64,000 nucleotides of DNA from Octopus vulgaris. Its lineage: Eukaryota. The notes under the pieces are model-generated. The model saw nothing but the letters and a program-made list of their open reading frames with translations. It did no database searches and was not told the origin of the DNA. Below are positions 13,810 through 26,244 of the stretch, one piece after another; positions within the stretch are counted from its first letter, which is position 1; every line of letters starts with the position of its first letter. Made by a program: the position numbers and the translations under genes. The stretch covers positions 64,108,001 through 64,172,000 of the forward strand of contig OX597819.1 of assembly GCA_951406725.2 (NCBI GenBank), read 5' to 3'.

Positions 13810-14190
13810 ATATATATATATAAAATTACGAATGTGTGTCTGTCTGTGTGAATCCCTAAAACTTGAGAACTACGCAACGAATTCCATTCAAGTTTTACAA
13901 ATGTTTTACTTAGGGTCCAAGGAGTGTCATGGGCAAACAAAATTTTTAACATCTTGCCTAGGGCGAGCCCATAACAATATTATACCTTCTCCAGTATGAA
14001 TCTCTAAAACTCGAGAACTACACGAGCAATTTCATTCAAATTTTACACATGCCTTACTTAGGGTCCTTGTCACGTCTGGGCAAAAAACAAGATGTTTGAC
14101 TTCTTGCCTAGGGCGAGCCCACAGCAATATCACATCTTCTCCACTATTTCAGTATTACGTGTTAAAAGTGAAACAAAAGCATCTCTCTAT
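13810..14190 (+). mobile_element. 5' part of a non-autonomous Helitron with an internal ~147-bp tandem duplication
   Basis: Homologous to the reverse complement of 11090-11331. The unit gaatc..ctaaaact.gagaactac..cttgcctagggcgagccc occurs twice. Confidence 0.7.
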
Positions 14191-14202
14191 TGTATGTATA
14201 TG

Positions 14203-14247
<45 letters not shown>

Positions 14248-14375
14248 ATATAGATGTATACGTATACATGTGTATGTATAGCTGTATATGTATAGATGTC
14301 TTTCTATAGATATACACGTATATATAAACATGTATGTCTAGATGTATATATAGATGTAGATGTAATATGTACACG

Positions 14376-14413
<38 letters not shown>

Positions 14414-14464
14414 CATATATATATATACACCCATACACACACCGATCCACCACCCTAAACACAT

Positions 14465-14770
14465 AGCTGCAGGTGTGGCTGTGTGGTAACAAACTTGGTT
14501 CCAAAACACATGGTCCTCAGTTCAGTCCCACTGTGGTAACTTGGCATGTGTCTTCAGACCAACCAAAGCCTTGTCAGTGGATTTTGTAGACAGAAACTGA
14601 AAGAAATCAATTGTATGTATATGTATGAATATATGTAAGTCTATGCGTGTGTCTGTGTTTCTCCCTCATCACTGCTTCACAACTGGTGTTCATTTATTTA
14701 CATCCCCATAACTTACTGGTTTCACAAGAAGAAACTGATAGAATAAGTACCAGGCTTATCAAAATATAAA
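14465..14770 (+). mobile_element. SINE family A, diverged
   Basis: gcaggtgtggctgtgtggtaa..cagtcccactg..gatagaataagtaccaggctta. Confidence 0.75.
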
Positions 14771-14874
14771 AAAAATCACTATACAGTGTCTCATATTTTT
14801 GTTTGCCTACTCAGTTGTATCGATCAATTTATCTTTGTGTGTGTGTGTATACATACATAAATATATATATAAAA

Positions 14875-15201
14875 GACCCCCTTCGGTCATGAATGACCAT
14901 GGGATTGCACCTAGAAAGTTACCCTCCTAGACACAAGTCCGGGCAAGGTTGTTTATGGAAGACCAGCAGTCGCCCATGCATACCAGCCTCCCCTCTCCAC
15001 GCCACCAGTGTTATCCAAGGGAAAAACAAAGGTCGATACAGCTTGGCACCAGTGACGTCGCAACTCATTTCTACAGCTGATTGAACTGGAGCAACGTGAA
15101 ATAAAGTGCCTTGCTCAAGAACACAACACGCATCCCGGTCCGGGATTCGAGCTCACAACCTCACGATCGTAAGCTCGATGCTCTAACCACTGAGCCATGA
15201 G

Positions 15202-15203
<2 letters not shown>
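14875..15203 (-). mobile_element. tRNA-derived SINE family C
   Basis: Minus strand TGGCTCAGTGGTTAGAGC (A box) and gctcgaatcc (B-box-like). Body and tail match 19765-19955 and 36630-36770. Confidence 0.85.
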
Positions 15204-15273
<70 letters not shown>

Positions 15274-15347
15274 GATTTTGTGGACAGGAACTGAACCAAA
15301 TCAATCGTATATATATATATGTATATATATATGTAAGTGTATGTGTT

Positions 15348-17010
15348 TTGGTATTGGCAACATGAATGACAATGGTCAGAGACTACTTGAACTTTGCACA
15401 TACCATAACCTGTGCATCAACAACACATTCTTTGCCAAGAAGACATCCCACAAAGCATCTTGGAGACATCCAAGGTCTCACCACTGGCAACAGCTGGAAC
15501 ACATCATTACACGAAGATCCTTTCTGAATTCTGCTCAACTGACACGTAGTTACCACAGCGTGGATTGTGACACTAATTATTCACTAATAAGAAGCAGGGT
15601 GAAGATTCTACCTAAAAAAGTCCATCACTCCAAGAAAATGGGTCAAATACGCATTAACACTGGCAGAACCTCGGACCCTACACTGCGACAATGTTTTGCT
15701 GTTTCTATCAAGGTTGCCCTCAGTAGCTGCCCAACCCCCTCAGCTGAAAGTAGGTGGAATTATATCAGGAAAGCTTTGTATACCACATCAGTAGAGACTT
15801 TCGGCATGAGAGAAAGGCAAAACCCAGATTTTGTTCAGTACTGGGCTCTTAGAGCTGGAAACAGTTATCGAAGCAAAGCGTGCAGCTCTGATGCAATACA
15901 TAAGTGATTCTTCTACAAAGTCACTTGAAGAACTCAGAAAGGCAAGAAATGAAACCCAACTGACTGCCAGACGCTGTGCAAATAGGTATTGGCAGGAAAT
16001 CTGTCAGAGTATGCAGTCAGCTCCTGACAATAGTGACACCCATGGGATGTATGCCGGTTTGAAGAAGACCCTCGGTCCATACGCAACAAAGTCAGCCCCT
16101 CTGAAATCAACTACTGGAGATCTCATCAAGGACCAAAGCAAGCAAATGGATACATGGAGAGAGTACTACCAGGATCTGTACTCACGAGAGACCACGGTAG
16201 TTAAGGCTGCAATCAAGGGTGTTAAGATCTTGCCAGTCATGTGTGAACTTGACAGTCTGCCATCTATAGCAGAGCTCACCAAGTCTATTGACTCCCTAGC
16301 TCCGGGAAAAGACGGCATCCCCTTGGAGATCCTCAAAACCGGAAAAAACAGCATCCTGCTTCGGAACATTCATGAGCTTCTGTGTCAGTGCTGGGAAGAG
16401 GGTACAGTCCCTCAGGATATGCGGGATGCAAACATCATTACGCTTTACAAAAACAAAGGAGACCGTGTTGATTGTAACAATTACCGCGGAATATCTCTTC
16501 TAAGCACTGTTGGAAAGGCCTCTGCTCGCATTATCCTGTCCAGGCTACAACTGCTTGCTTCTCGAATTTATCTTGTATTGCAGTGTGGCTTTAGAAGAAG
16601 AAGATCAACTATTGATATGATATTCTCCATACGCCAACTTCAGGAGATGACCAGATAGCAGAAAATGCCATAATATATGGCCTTCATTGATCGGCCTTTG
16701 ACTTGGTAAGTAGAAAAGGCCTCTTCATCCTGCTCCAAAAAATCGGATGTCCACCAAAGTTGCTGAGGATCATCAAATCTTTCCATGATGATATGCAAGG
16801 CACCATATAACACAATGGTTCAACATCAGCCGGCTTCCAAATAATAATCGGTATAAAGCAAGGTCGTGTCCTTGCTCTTACATTATTTGTCATTTTCTTC
16901 TCGCTGCTGCTGTCACATGCCATTGAGACATCAGATGATGGATTGTTTCTGCACAGTAGAGTGATGGGAAACTGTTTAATTTCTCGCGTCTGCGTGCCAA
17001 GACCAGCAGG
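15348..17010 (+). mobile_element. Decayed RTE-clade LINE fragment (APE endonuclease C-terminus + RT N-terminal half)
   Basis: GIGNMNDNGQRLLELC..NTFF, SYHSVDCDT, APGKDGIP, LYKNKGDRVDCNNYRGISLLS, QCGFR..RSTIDMIF, then AFDLVSR..GIKQGRVLA. It has frameshifts and stops and ends before YADD. Confidence 0.92.
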
Positions 17011-17372
17011 AGATGTATTAGGACATGAAATATAAAAGCTGGACTAGATTATTTTATGCGCAACTCCATTGCCTCCCGAGACAAAAAGGATTCCAACAAC
17101 AATATATATGGATTTCGTAGACAGGAGCTGAAACAAATCAATCGTATATATATATGTAAGTGTATGTGTGTGTCTTTGTCTTTGTGTTTCACCCTCATCA
17201 CTGCTTCACAACTGCTGTTCATTTATTTACATCCACATAACTTATTGGTTTCACAAGAACAAACTAGTAGAATAAGTACTAGGCTTATCAACATAAAAAA
17301 GCACTAGGCTGTGTCTCATAATTTTGTTTGCCCACTCAGTTGTATCTAACAATTTATCTTTGTATGTGTGTG

Positions 17373-17444
<72 letters not shown>

Positions 17445-17445
<1 letters not shown>

Positions 17446-18736
17446 CACTCTAATGGGAGTCTTAACTCCCAAATTTTAGTAATTTCTTTTGTGAACCAAA
17501 CTAGGTCAAAAGTACTGAATGTATCTTTATGAAATTTGGAAATATATTCTATGCATAAGGGCCATAACCCCATGAAAATTCATATATTTTTGCTGTTGAG
17601 GAAATTTTAAACATAGATATTAGACACAAATGACCTAATATTTATAAAATTTTATCTTCTTACAATGTTGAAAGCCCCCTCAATGGGGATTTAACACGCA
17701 CAATTTTGTCATTTTATCTAAGCAAAAACGAATATAGTTGTGCTCTTGGAAACTGTAGGGTTACCCGCGCATAAAAGTTGGTCAGTATTTCTAATTCAAT
17801 GGTACGACAGTGTAACAGTTTGCTTTGACATACACCTACATTGTGATTTCTGCAATGTGTTGCATAAATTGTCAAGTAGATGAGAGGCATCTTTGCCTCC
17901 ACTGATTCAGTTGCAAAGTGTTGAGCAAATTTATTTGATTGCAGATTTCCTTTCCACCTTTTTATTATCACTCGGTCACACATAGTCACCAGATGGTAAC
18001 ATTGATTTGAACGCCTTGCCAGATAAGTGACTGGTTATTCAAAGACATTTATAGATTTTAAATTTATTCTGTCCAGTTATGTATCAGCATAGTGGTCATC
18101 TGCAAACTCCATAGTTGTCACTTTAATTTCTCCTTAGCCTTCACGTCACACAGTTTTTAATGTTGATTTCAGTTGGGTCACGCCCTTCCAATTGCTATAG
18201 ATTCGTAATGCATCTTACGGCTGTGCCTGTCACCTGGATGGTGAGGAATCCTACATTGGGAGCAGTAACGACTAGGGTAGGGTAACTGACTGCTTATTAT
18301 GATCATTCGTCTTTTGGTTTCCTGTAGCTTTGCTCTCTATTACAACCCCAGGGAACATATATTTCCTATATCAAAGAAATTCAAACAATAGATATAAGAC
18401 CCAAGTTAAAATATTTTCTACAATTCAACTTCTCTGCTAGACATTAAGATGCACACCCCCAACAGAGGCCTTAACTCTCACATTTTAGAGCTCCATGACC
18501 TTCATTTTTCCGGAGCAAAATCTTTTTAACAGGTCCCATAAGACTGGAATTTTGTAATATGCACATAAAAATCAGTAGTATGGGATATATGTGGCACGAT
18601 TACACTTTTTTTAGGGTGTGTAAAGAGGGAAATAACCTTCATCTGCAATTTTGATGAAATTCGAAACATAGATATTCCAGTTCATTACAGAAGATATAAT
18701 TGAATGTAACCGGGCCACGCCGGGTATCTCTGCTAG
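17445..18736 (+). mobile_element. Probable non-autonomous Helitron (3' end clear, 5' end uncertain)
   Basis: Ends ccgggccacgccgggtatctctgCTAG-t, the same hairpin + CTAG geometry as the 6444 element. Confidence 0.5.
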
Positions 18737-18788
18737 TATATGTATATATATATATATATAAGCAACTTACTACACAGCCACTCCTGCG

Positions 18789-18880
<92 letters not shown>

Positions 18881-18882
<2 letters not shown>

Positions 18883-19039
18883 CGCAGGAGTGGCTGTGTG
18901 TAAGTTGCTTGCTAACCAACTACATGGTTCCGGGTTCAGTGGCACTGCGTGGCATCTTGGGCAAGTGATTTCTACTATAGCCCCGGGCCGACCAATGCCT
19001 TGTGAGTGGATTTGGTAGACGGAAACTGAAAGAAGCCTG

Positions 19040-19103
<64 letters not shown>

Positions 19104-19320
19104 TTGTGAATCTGTGTTTGTCCCCCTAGCATTGTTTGACAACCGATGCTGGTGTGTTTACGTCCCCGTTACTTAGCGGTTCGGCAAAAGAGACCGATAG
19201 AATAAGTACTGGGCTTACAAAAAATAAGTACCGGGGTCGATTTGCTCGAGAAAAGGCGGTGCTCCAGCATGACCGCAGTCAAATGACTGAAAGAAGTAAA
19301 AGAGTAAAAGAGTAAAGAGT
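18881..19320 (+). mobile_element. SINE family A, full length: tRNA-like head, internal (TA)n(TG)n, (GAGTAAAA)n tail
   Basis: ggcgcaggagtggctgtgtg..ccgggttcagt..ttgggcaagtg..ggcggtgctccagcatgaccgcagtcaaatgactgaaa. Many homologues occur in the window. Confidence 0.9.
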
Positions 19321-19345
19321 ATATATATATATATATATATATATC

Positions 19346-19955
19346 CAACGATGTTATCCAAAGGAAAGGCGGGGGCCGATACAGCCACCAGTGATATTGC
19401 AGCTCATTTATTAACGTGCAAGTGGCTGACCACTCCACAGACACATATACCCCTAACGTAGTTCTCGGGGAGATTCAGCGTGACACAGAATGTGACAAGA
19501 CTGTCGCTTCCATATACAGGTACAACTGAAACGGGAAGAAAGAGAGAAAATCGTGGTGAAAGAGTACAGCAGGGTTCACAACTATCCCCTGCCGGAGTGT
19601 TTACCACAAGGCTCCGGTAGTGGGTGGTGGTAAACCCTGCTATACCCTTTCACCACAACTTTCTCTCAGTCTTTCTTCCTGTTTCTATTGTACCCGTATT
19701 TCAAAGGGCCAGCCTTGTCACGCTGAATCTCCCCGAGAACTAGGTTAAGGGTATACGTTAATAAATGAGCTGCGACGTCACTGGTGCCAAATCGTATCAC
19801 CCTTTGACTTACCCTTGGATAACATCGGTGGCGTGAAGAGAGTAGGCTGGTATGCATGGGCGACTGCTGGTCTTCCATAAATAACCTTGCCCAGACTTGT
19901 GCCTTGGAGGGTAACATTCTAAGTGCAATCCCATGGTTATTCATGACCAAAGGGA
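19346..19955. repeat. ~490-bp imperfect palindrome of SINE-C-related sequence
   Basis: 19346-19598 is the reverse complement of about 19612-19830, with centre cctgccggag..ctccggtag. The right arm continues into the SINE C tail. Confidence 0.75.
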
Positions 19956-20404
19956 GTCACAACACACACACAATCCCACACATATATATATATATTTATA
20001 TGTGTGTGTGTGCGTGTATGTGCGTGCGCGTGTGTGCGAGTGCGTGTGCGTGTGTGTATGTGTGTGTTTGTATCTTTGTAATTCCATGACGCTTTGCGTA
20101 TACTTAAATCCATGCTTTTAATAGCTTGCTTAGATTTCCTGATCGACTTGTCTTCTTCTTGAAATGCTATTTCGATAAAACAAACTGTTACTAGAAATCA
20201 AGCGGTCATTGAGCCTGTCTTTGGGTTTCATGTCTTAAGTATCTCATTTCGTAAAATGCCAAATCTAACTAGTGTCATTGACACGAAATTACACGTAAGA
20301 TATATATTGTCATTAAAATATAATACATGAATGCTTTGACTGCATACGATGCAGTAAGAGCGTTACATGTAATGTCATAATAATTACTTTGTTCAAACAT
20401 TATA

Positions 20405-20968
20405 TTGGGTGGTACGGAAAGTTCTTGCTGATATTGAAAGGAAAAAAAATGTTAATAAATACGTGCCATTACATTTTTAAGCAACCAAATATGAACCATT
20501 TTGTTGCACAATGGATCTCCATCTTTCCTCTAACTTGAAAATACCCTCTTCCCAGAATTGGGGTGATTTCATGGCAAACAATTCAGCAAGGTATCTTTTT
20601 ACGTCATCCAAGGAATTGAAATGTTTACCAATAAGTCTATACTGCAGAGACCTGAATAAGTGGAAATCCGAAGGAGCAATATCTGGTGAAAATGGAGGGT
20701 GGGGTAACACATCCCATAGAAGCTGCAGCAATTTTTGTCTGGTTGCCAAACATCAAGTGACGAAAATGAACTTTCTTTTATTCCGTTTTAAAGGGTTACA
20801 GAATTAACACAGGTTATTGGAACATAGACCTTCCTCCACGAAAGATAGCTTTAAACTGTGCTCTAAACGGAAGTGTGGTCAAATCCTATCTTATGGACTT
20901 AACCATGTTCTAAAATAAGTCGAAATATAAGCTACTATAAATCGGTACGAACTTTCCGGACAACCCAA
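20405..20968 (-). mobile_element. Internally deleted mariner transposon
   Basis: TIRs ttgggtggtacggaaagttc and gaactttccggacaacccaa with TA on both sides. ORF 20477-20749 has WDVLPHPPFSPDIAPSDFHLFRSL..ERW. Confidence 0.9.
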
Positions 20969-21114
20969 TAAAAAGAAACATCTTCGTTTTTTCATGTCAC
21001 AGGATATACTTACATTCATATCATTCATATACACGTATAAATGTATACGTACATACTCGCATACATATGCAAATATATATTTTTGAGCGCGTATCTATGT
21101 ATCTATCTATGTGC

Positions 21115-21325
21115 GAGCTGGGAGAAACATTAGCACGCCGGGCGAAATGCGTAGCCGTATTTCGTCTGCCGTTACGTTCTGAGTTCAAATTCCGTCGAGG
21201 TCGACTTTGCCTTTCATCCTTTGTAGGTCGATAAATAAAGTACCAGTTTCGAACTGGGGTCTATGTAATCGACTTAATCCCTTTATCTGTCCTTGTTTGT
21301 CCCATCTATGTGGGTAGTTAAGAAC
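21115..21325 (+). mobile_element. SINE family B
   Basis: cgagctgggagaaacattagcacgccgggcgaaatg..gagttcaaattcc..gcctttcatcctt. Confidence 0.85.
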
Positions 21326-21327
21326 TA

Positions 21328-21406
<79 letters not shown>

Positions 21407-22176
21407 ATATCTATCTACATGTGTGTATGTGTGTGTGTCTGTGTGGGTGCACAAATATACTCATACATGTGTGTATATATAGTTATATATCTTTAGATAT
21501 AAAAATACGTGTTTGCGTGTATAACCCTAAGAGATATGACACCAACTCGAACGATTCAAACGAGGTATGTGAGTGTGCACATGCATGGCAATCTTCTTAG
21601 AAGTCGACTTCGGAGTGCAAAGGAGTGAACCAAAAGCGGCCGACTCAAAACTGCTTCTGCTATATACCTTCACCTTCAAACAGCATAAATGAGAGACTGA
21701 CTGGTATATATATCAACAGTTACCACTCTCAGGAAGAATAATTGGAACTATTTCCAGCAAAGCATTCATGTGTATTTTAATTTCAATTTAAAATTATCTA
21801 TATTTCTATACAACTAATGAACTATGAATTAAATATACTTTCTTATGGTCAAATACATCTCAATATACGTTTATCAACTTCTTCCTTTATCTTTTCTAGA
21901 AAAATTTCTATTTTGATGCTATGTAATTAAAAGACGCGTAATTACATCACACTCAAGAAGTTCGACCAATATCGTCATGGCGACCTCTGTACTTGAACAG
22001 TGGGGATTTACAGTTGAAAAGAGGTAACAAAAAAAGACCAACACACAAATGCACACATACACCTAGGTACACACGCAAAAACATATACATTCATTCATAC
22101 GCGCAGCAGATATGTATATATTCATAATATATATAACTTTAGGTATGTAGGGATGTATACATACGTACATACATAC

Positions 22177-22224
<48 letters not shown>

Positions 22225-22507
22225 TTATATACATATATATACATACATATATATAAATATACATACATATATAAATATATAAATATACATACATATATCT
22301 ATATAAATACATATATATAAATATACATACATATATATAAATACATATATATATATATACATACATATATATATAAGCACCGACGTACCCTTTTTTGTAC
22401 TTATACGTAAGTATAGATTCTTTAACACATGGTACGACTTTACAACACTGTCTCTCTCCCCACTCTCCTACATTTCTCTGCCTTTCACACTTTGCACTGC
22501 ACTTTGA

Positions 22508-22542
<35 letters not shown>

Positions 22543-22699
22543 TCTCCTCCTCCTTTGTTCCTTGTTTCCCTTTTTCTCTCTTCATCTGTCCCTCTTTTCC
22601 TCTCTCTTTCCCTCGCACGTGACTAGCCAACCGATTGCTAGCCTCTTCGTGGCCAGCAGGCATTGCGGCAAGAAACATTCTTTTTCTCTCTGTAGCCTT

Positions 22700-23119
22700 A
22701 GAGCATTTTTCTAACGCCAGCTCAAAAAGTTACTCGTCCTGTCGAAAAGACGCTTGTTTATGACGTCCTGTTTTTGTTATTATTATTATCATTATTGTTT
22801 TTACGTATTTTTGTATTCTTATTCGTGTTATCATTATTGTTTTTACGTATTTTTGTATTTTTATTCATGTAACATCGTCCGGTTTTCCGTCCTTGTTTTG
22901 TATACATTCGAGGCTTTCTTCCAAGGAATCTAATGCGCATGGCTTAGATTTTCCTTTGGAGATGGCCAGATCGGAGCAATCTCAAGATTAATCAGCCGAA
23001 ATTGCGATGATGATCCGGTTCTTGACTGAAGACTGAAGGCTTCGAATGTCCCGTCCGTGTTTTTTGTATCGTCTTCTAAATGTTTTACGTTCTTGTCCCA
23101 GTTTGTATTCTTTTACATT

Positions 23120-23120
<1 letters not shown>
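22700..23120. repeat. Unclassified interspersed repeat, homologous to 39070-39400
   Basis: Shared blocks cgtcct..tcgaaa, gtatacattcg, gcttag.tttcct, ggccagat.ggag.aatctc, gactgaaga..cgaatg.cccgtcc, gttcttgtc. Confidence 0.6.
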
Positions 23121-23187
<67 letters not shown>

Positions 23188-23364
23188 TAAGAAAGTTTGT
23201 TTGGTAAAGCACGTGGGTGAATATATAAGAAAATAGTAAAGTGTGAAAAAACGACAGAAGGCTTAAATGTTAAAAAATATATATATTTGTGTCAAAGTGT
23301 CTGGAGAATATTGGAAAAATTTTTTTTTCCCTTTCCTTAAAATGACATAATTTTAAAATTTTTA

Positions 23365-23404
23365 AAGAAATTACCGGTTTCGCGTGTAGCTTTTCAAATT
23401 TCTT
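23365..23404 (-). ncRNA. Minimal type I hammerhead (U3-A8 variant) in the left pLTR
   Basis: Reverse complement aagaaat-TTGAAAA-gc-tacac-gc-GAAACCGGTA-atttctt. Confidence 0.75.
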
Positions 23405-23540
23405 GTGACGTTATGTTTATATTGCATGGAATTATCATTGTTTTTATTTCCAGGAGATTTCTAAATAAGGGGAGGTAGTGAGTAATTTTTTCCGGTGTAG
23501 GGGAGATAATCGCTTAAAATTTTTTTTTCCCTTTTCCTTG

Positions 23541-23993
23541 TTAATTTCTCTGTGTCAGTATGTTCGGATGGTTGAGTCTGGGTTTGTACTTTTCAATGAA
23601 GAATGTTTCCTTGTTCAGTCTCATTTGTGTTGATGATCCGAAAGCACATTGGTAAAATGGGAAGATTAAAAATTGTGGCAGTAGTTGCTTTGCGCATTTC
23701 TCAATGTGCTCACTAAAAGGTATCATTCTATATTCTGGGAATGCAATCTGTTGTCGATGCAGTGTGCATCTGCGCCTGAGTGATAGTCCCGTGGAACCCA
23801 CGTAGTCTTGGTGGCAGCCCGAGCATTTAATAACATAAATTATGTTTTCAGAGGCACAAGTAAAGTTAGATTTGATCTTAAATTTCTGTCCCTCTTTAAA
23901 GAAGAATTCTGATCCTTCCAATAGGTTAGGACATGTTGCACAGTTCGATCTACCACATTTTTTTACTTTTGCATCCGTAATTTTAGAAGACAA
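23541..23993 (-). pseudogene. Penelope GIY-YIG endonuclease domain (frameshifted from RT)
   Basis: CGRSNCATC..FTCASENIIYVIKCSGCHQDYVGSTG..RRRCTLHRQ..KETFFIEKYKPRLN. Confidence 0.9.
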
Positions 23994-25150
23994 TTTTGCC
24001 TTTGTGAGAATCTTTTAAGTGATTTAGGCTGTTTGTAGCTTTTAATGATTTGGTGTATGTTTAGAATTTCCTTTAATTTTGGGTTTTCATGAAGTATTGG
24101 TAAATTCTGGGTGATGATGGTGAAGGCTTCTTTGTTTCTGGGGTTGTATGTAGATATGTAAGGTAGTATTTTCGGGGAAGGTGTGTTGTTGTGTTGAACT
24201 TTTCTTAAAGTTTCTATGTTGATTTCTGTTGCACGTCTGATCCCATCCTCTATGAGTTGAGCTGGGTAATGTCTGTGAATTAGGGTGTTTTTGAGTTCTT
24301 GCAGTCTAAAGTTCCTGGTATTTTGTTCTGACACTATTGTGCATATCCTTCTTGCAAGGTTGAAGGGGATGTTTGTTTTAGTGTGTCTTGGGTGGCATGA
24401 ATTAAAAAGAAGGTATTGTTTGGCGTCTGTGGCTTTGTAAAAAATGTCTGTTTCTATTTTAAGGTTAATTTTTTTAATTAGTATATCCAAGAACGGGAGC
24501 TCCTTTTGGTTGTATTCCATTGTGAACTGTATATTTGGGTTTATGCTGTTCAATAGGTTTTTAAATTTTAGGAATTTATCTATGTTTTCATTCCAGAGAA
24601 TGAAACAATCGTCTAGGAATCGTTTCCAATTCTCTTTTATGTATTGAGAGAGGGAGTTTCCAAAGATTGATAGAGATTCCTGGTAAATGATTATTTCCAT
24701 GTCTCCCATTGTTAAGTTCGCAATGACTGGTGCTGCCCTTGTACCCGTAGCAATTCCGGATTTTTGACGGTAAAATGTATTGTCAAACATGAAGTGGTTA
24801 TTGTGTAGGATGAATTCAATTGATTTAGTAATGAATTCCTTACTGATCCTTTTTGGTATTTCTTCCGGAAATTGGTCTAACCAGAATTGTATTGCCTCCA
24901 GTCCATAATTATGAGGTATACTGGTATACAAGTTGACTACATCAAATGAAACCAGGATTGTTTCTTCCTTGTTTTTTTTGGAAGGTGGTTTAACATATCT
25001 AAGTCATCTCTGATATGGCTATCGATATGTTTAAGGAAGGGTTTCAAGAGAATGTCCATAAGTAGACTTAGTCTGTGTGTTTCACAGGTTGGGCCAGCTA
25101 CAATGGGTCGTAGTTTTAGGTCCCCCGGATTAGGTGTGTGTATGTATGTC
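23963..25150 (-). pseudogene. Penelope reverse transcriptase domain
   Basis: LRPIVAGP..SFDVVNLYTSIPH..FYRQKSGIATG..WKRFLDDCF..IQFTME..LPFLDI..YLLFNSCHP, with a frameshift near 24975. Confidence 0.92.
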
Positions 25151-25152
25151 TT

Positions 25153-25386
25153 TCTTGCTTGATGAAGACCTACATTATGAAAAAATTACCAACTACACCC
25201 CACAAAAAATAATGAAAACTCTATCTTCACTAATTAAAACCCATGAAAAGGAACTGACAACCAAAGAGATTGATTTCCTAACAAACTTTAAATGCAAACC
25301 TAGCCTTTTCTATGGTCTGCCAAAAATTCATAAAAGTCAAATTATAAATGAAACCATTAAAAAATCACCAAAGACATACATACACA
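25153..25386 (+). pseudogene. Inverted Penelope RT N-terminal fragment
   Basis: ..PSLFYGLPKIHKSQ..KTYIH is the motif that normally precedes LRPIV, here on the opposite strand. Confidence 0.85.
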
Positions 25387-25618
25387 TCATCAACACAAAT
25401 GAGACTGAACAAGGAAACATTCTTCATTGAAAAGTACAAACCCAGACTCAACCATCCGAACATACTGACACAGAGAAATTAACAAGGAAAACGGAAAAAA
25501 AAATTTTAAGCGATTATCTCCCCTACACCGGAAAAAATTACTCACTACCTCCCCTTATTTAGAAATCTCCTGGAAATAAAAACAACGATAATTCCATGCA
25601 ATATAAACATAACGTCAC

Positions 25619-25658
25619 AAGAAATTTGAAAAGCTACACGCGAAACCGGTAATTTCTT
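25619..25658 (+). ncRNA. Minimal type I hammerhead (U3-A8 variant) in the right pLTR
   Basis: aagaaat-TTGAAAA-gctacacgc-GAAACCGGTA-atttctt: 7-bp stem I and palindromic stem III ACCGGT. Confidence 0.75.
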
Positions 25659-25794
25659 TAAAAATTTTAAAATTATGTCATTTTAAGGAAAGGGAAAAAA
25701 AAATTTTCCAATATTCTCCAGACATTTTGACACAAATATATATATTTTTTAACATTTAAGCCTTCTGTCGTTTTTTCACACTTTACTATTTTCT

Positions 25795-25826
<32 letters not shown>

Positions 25827-25827
25827 C

Positions 25828-25917
<90 letters not shown>

Positions 25918-26192
25918 AGATAGTTAGATAGACAGATAGATATTTTATTTGCTGCAGTATTTTGACACACACATACTACATATGTATCTACAAATATGTG
26001 TGTTGTATGTATGTGTGTATACATATATACATACATATATATATACATACATATATATATTTATATATATATTTATATATGTGTGTGTGTGTGTATGTAT
26101 GTATGTATATATAAATTTTATTGCGTAACGAGATAAATAAAATGAAAGCTGTGTAGATTTAAGAACATTTATAGTTAGAAGGTCTTACAGCT

Positions 26193-26244
<52 letters not shown>

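Larger units (their letters stand above)
23185..25800 (-). mobile_element. Penelope-like retroelement with inverted pLTRs and an internal inversion
   Basis: RT and GIY-YIG ORFs on the minus strand, a near-identical ~415-bp inverted repeat (23221-23637 and 25386-25800), and (TA)n at both ends. Confidence 0.95.
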
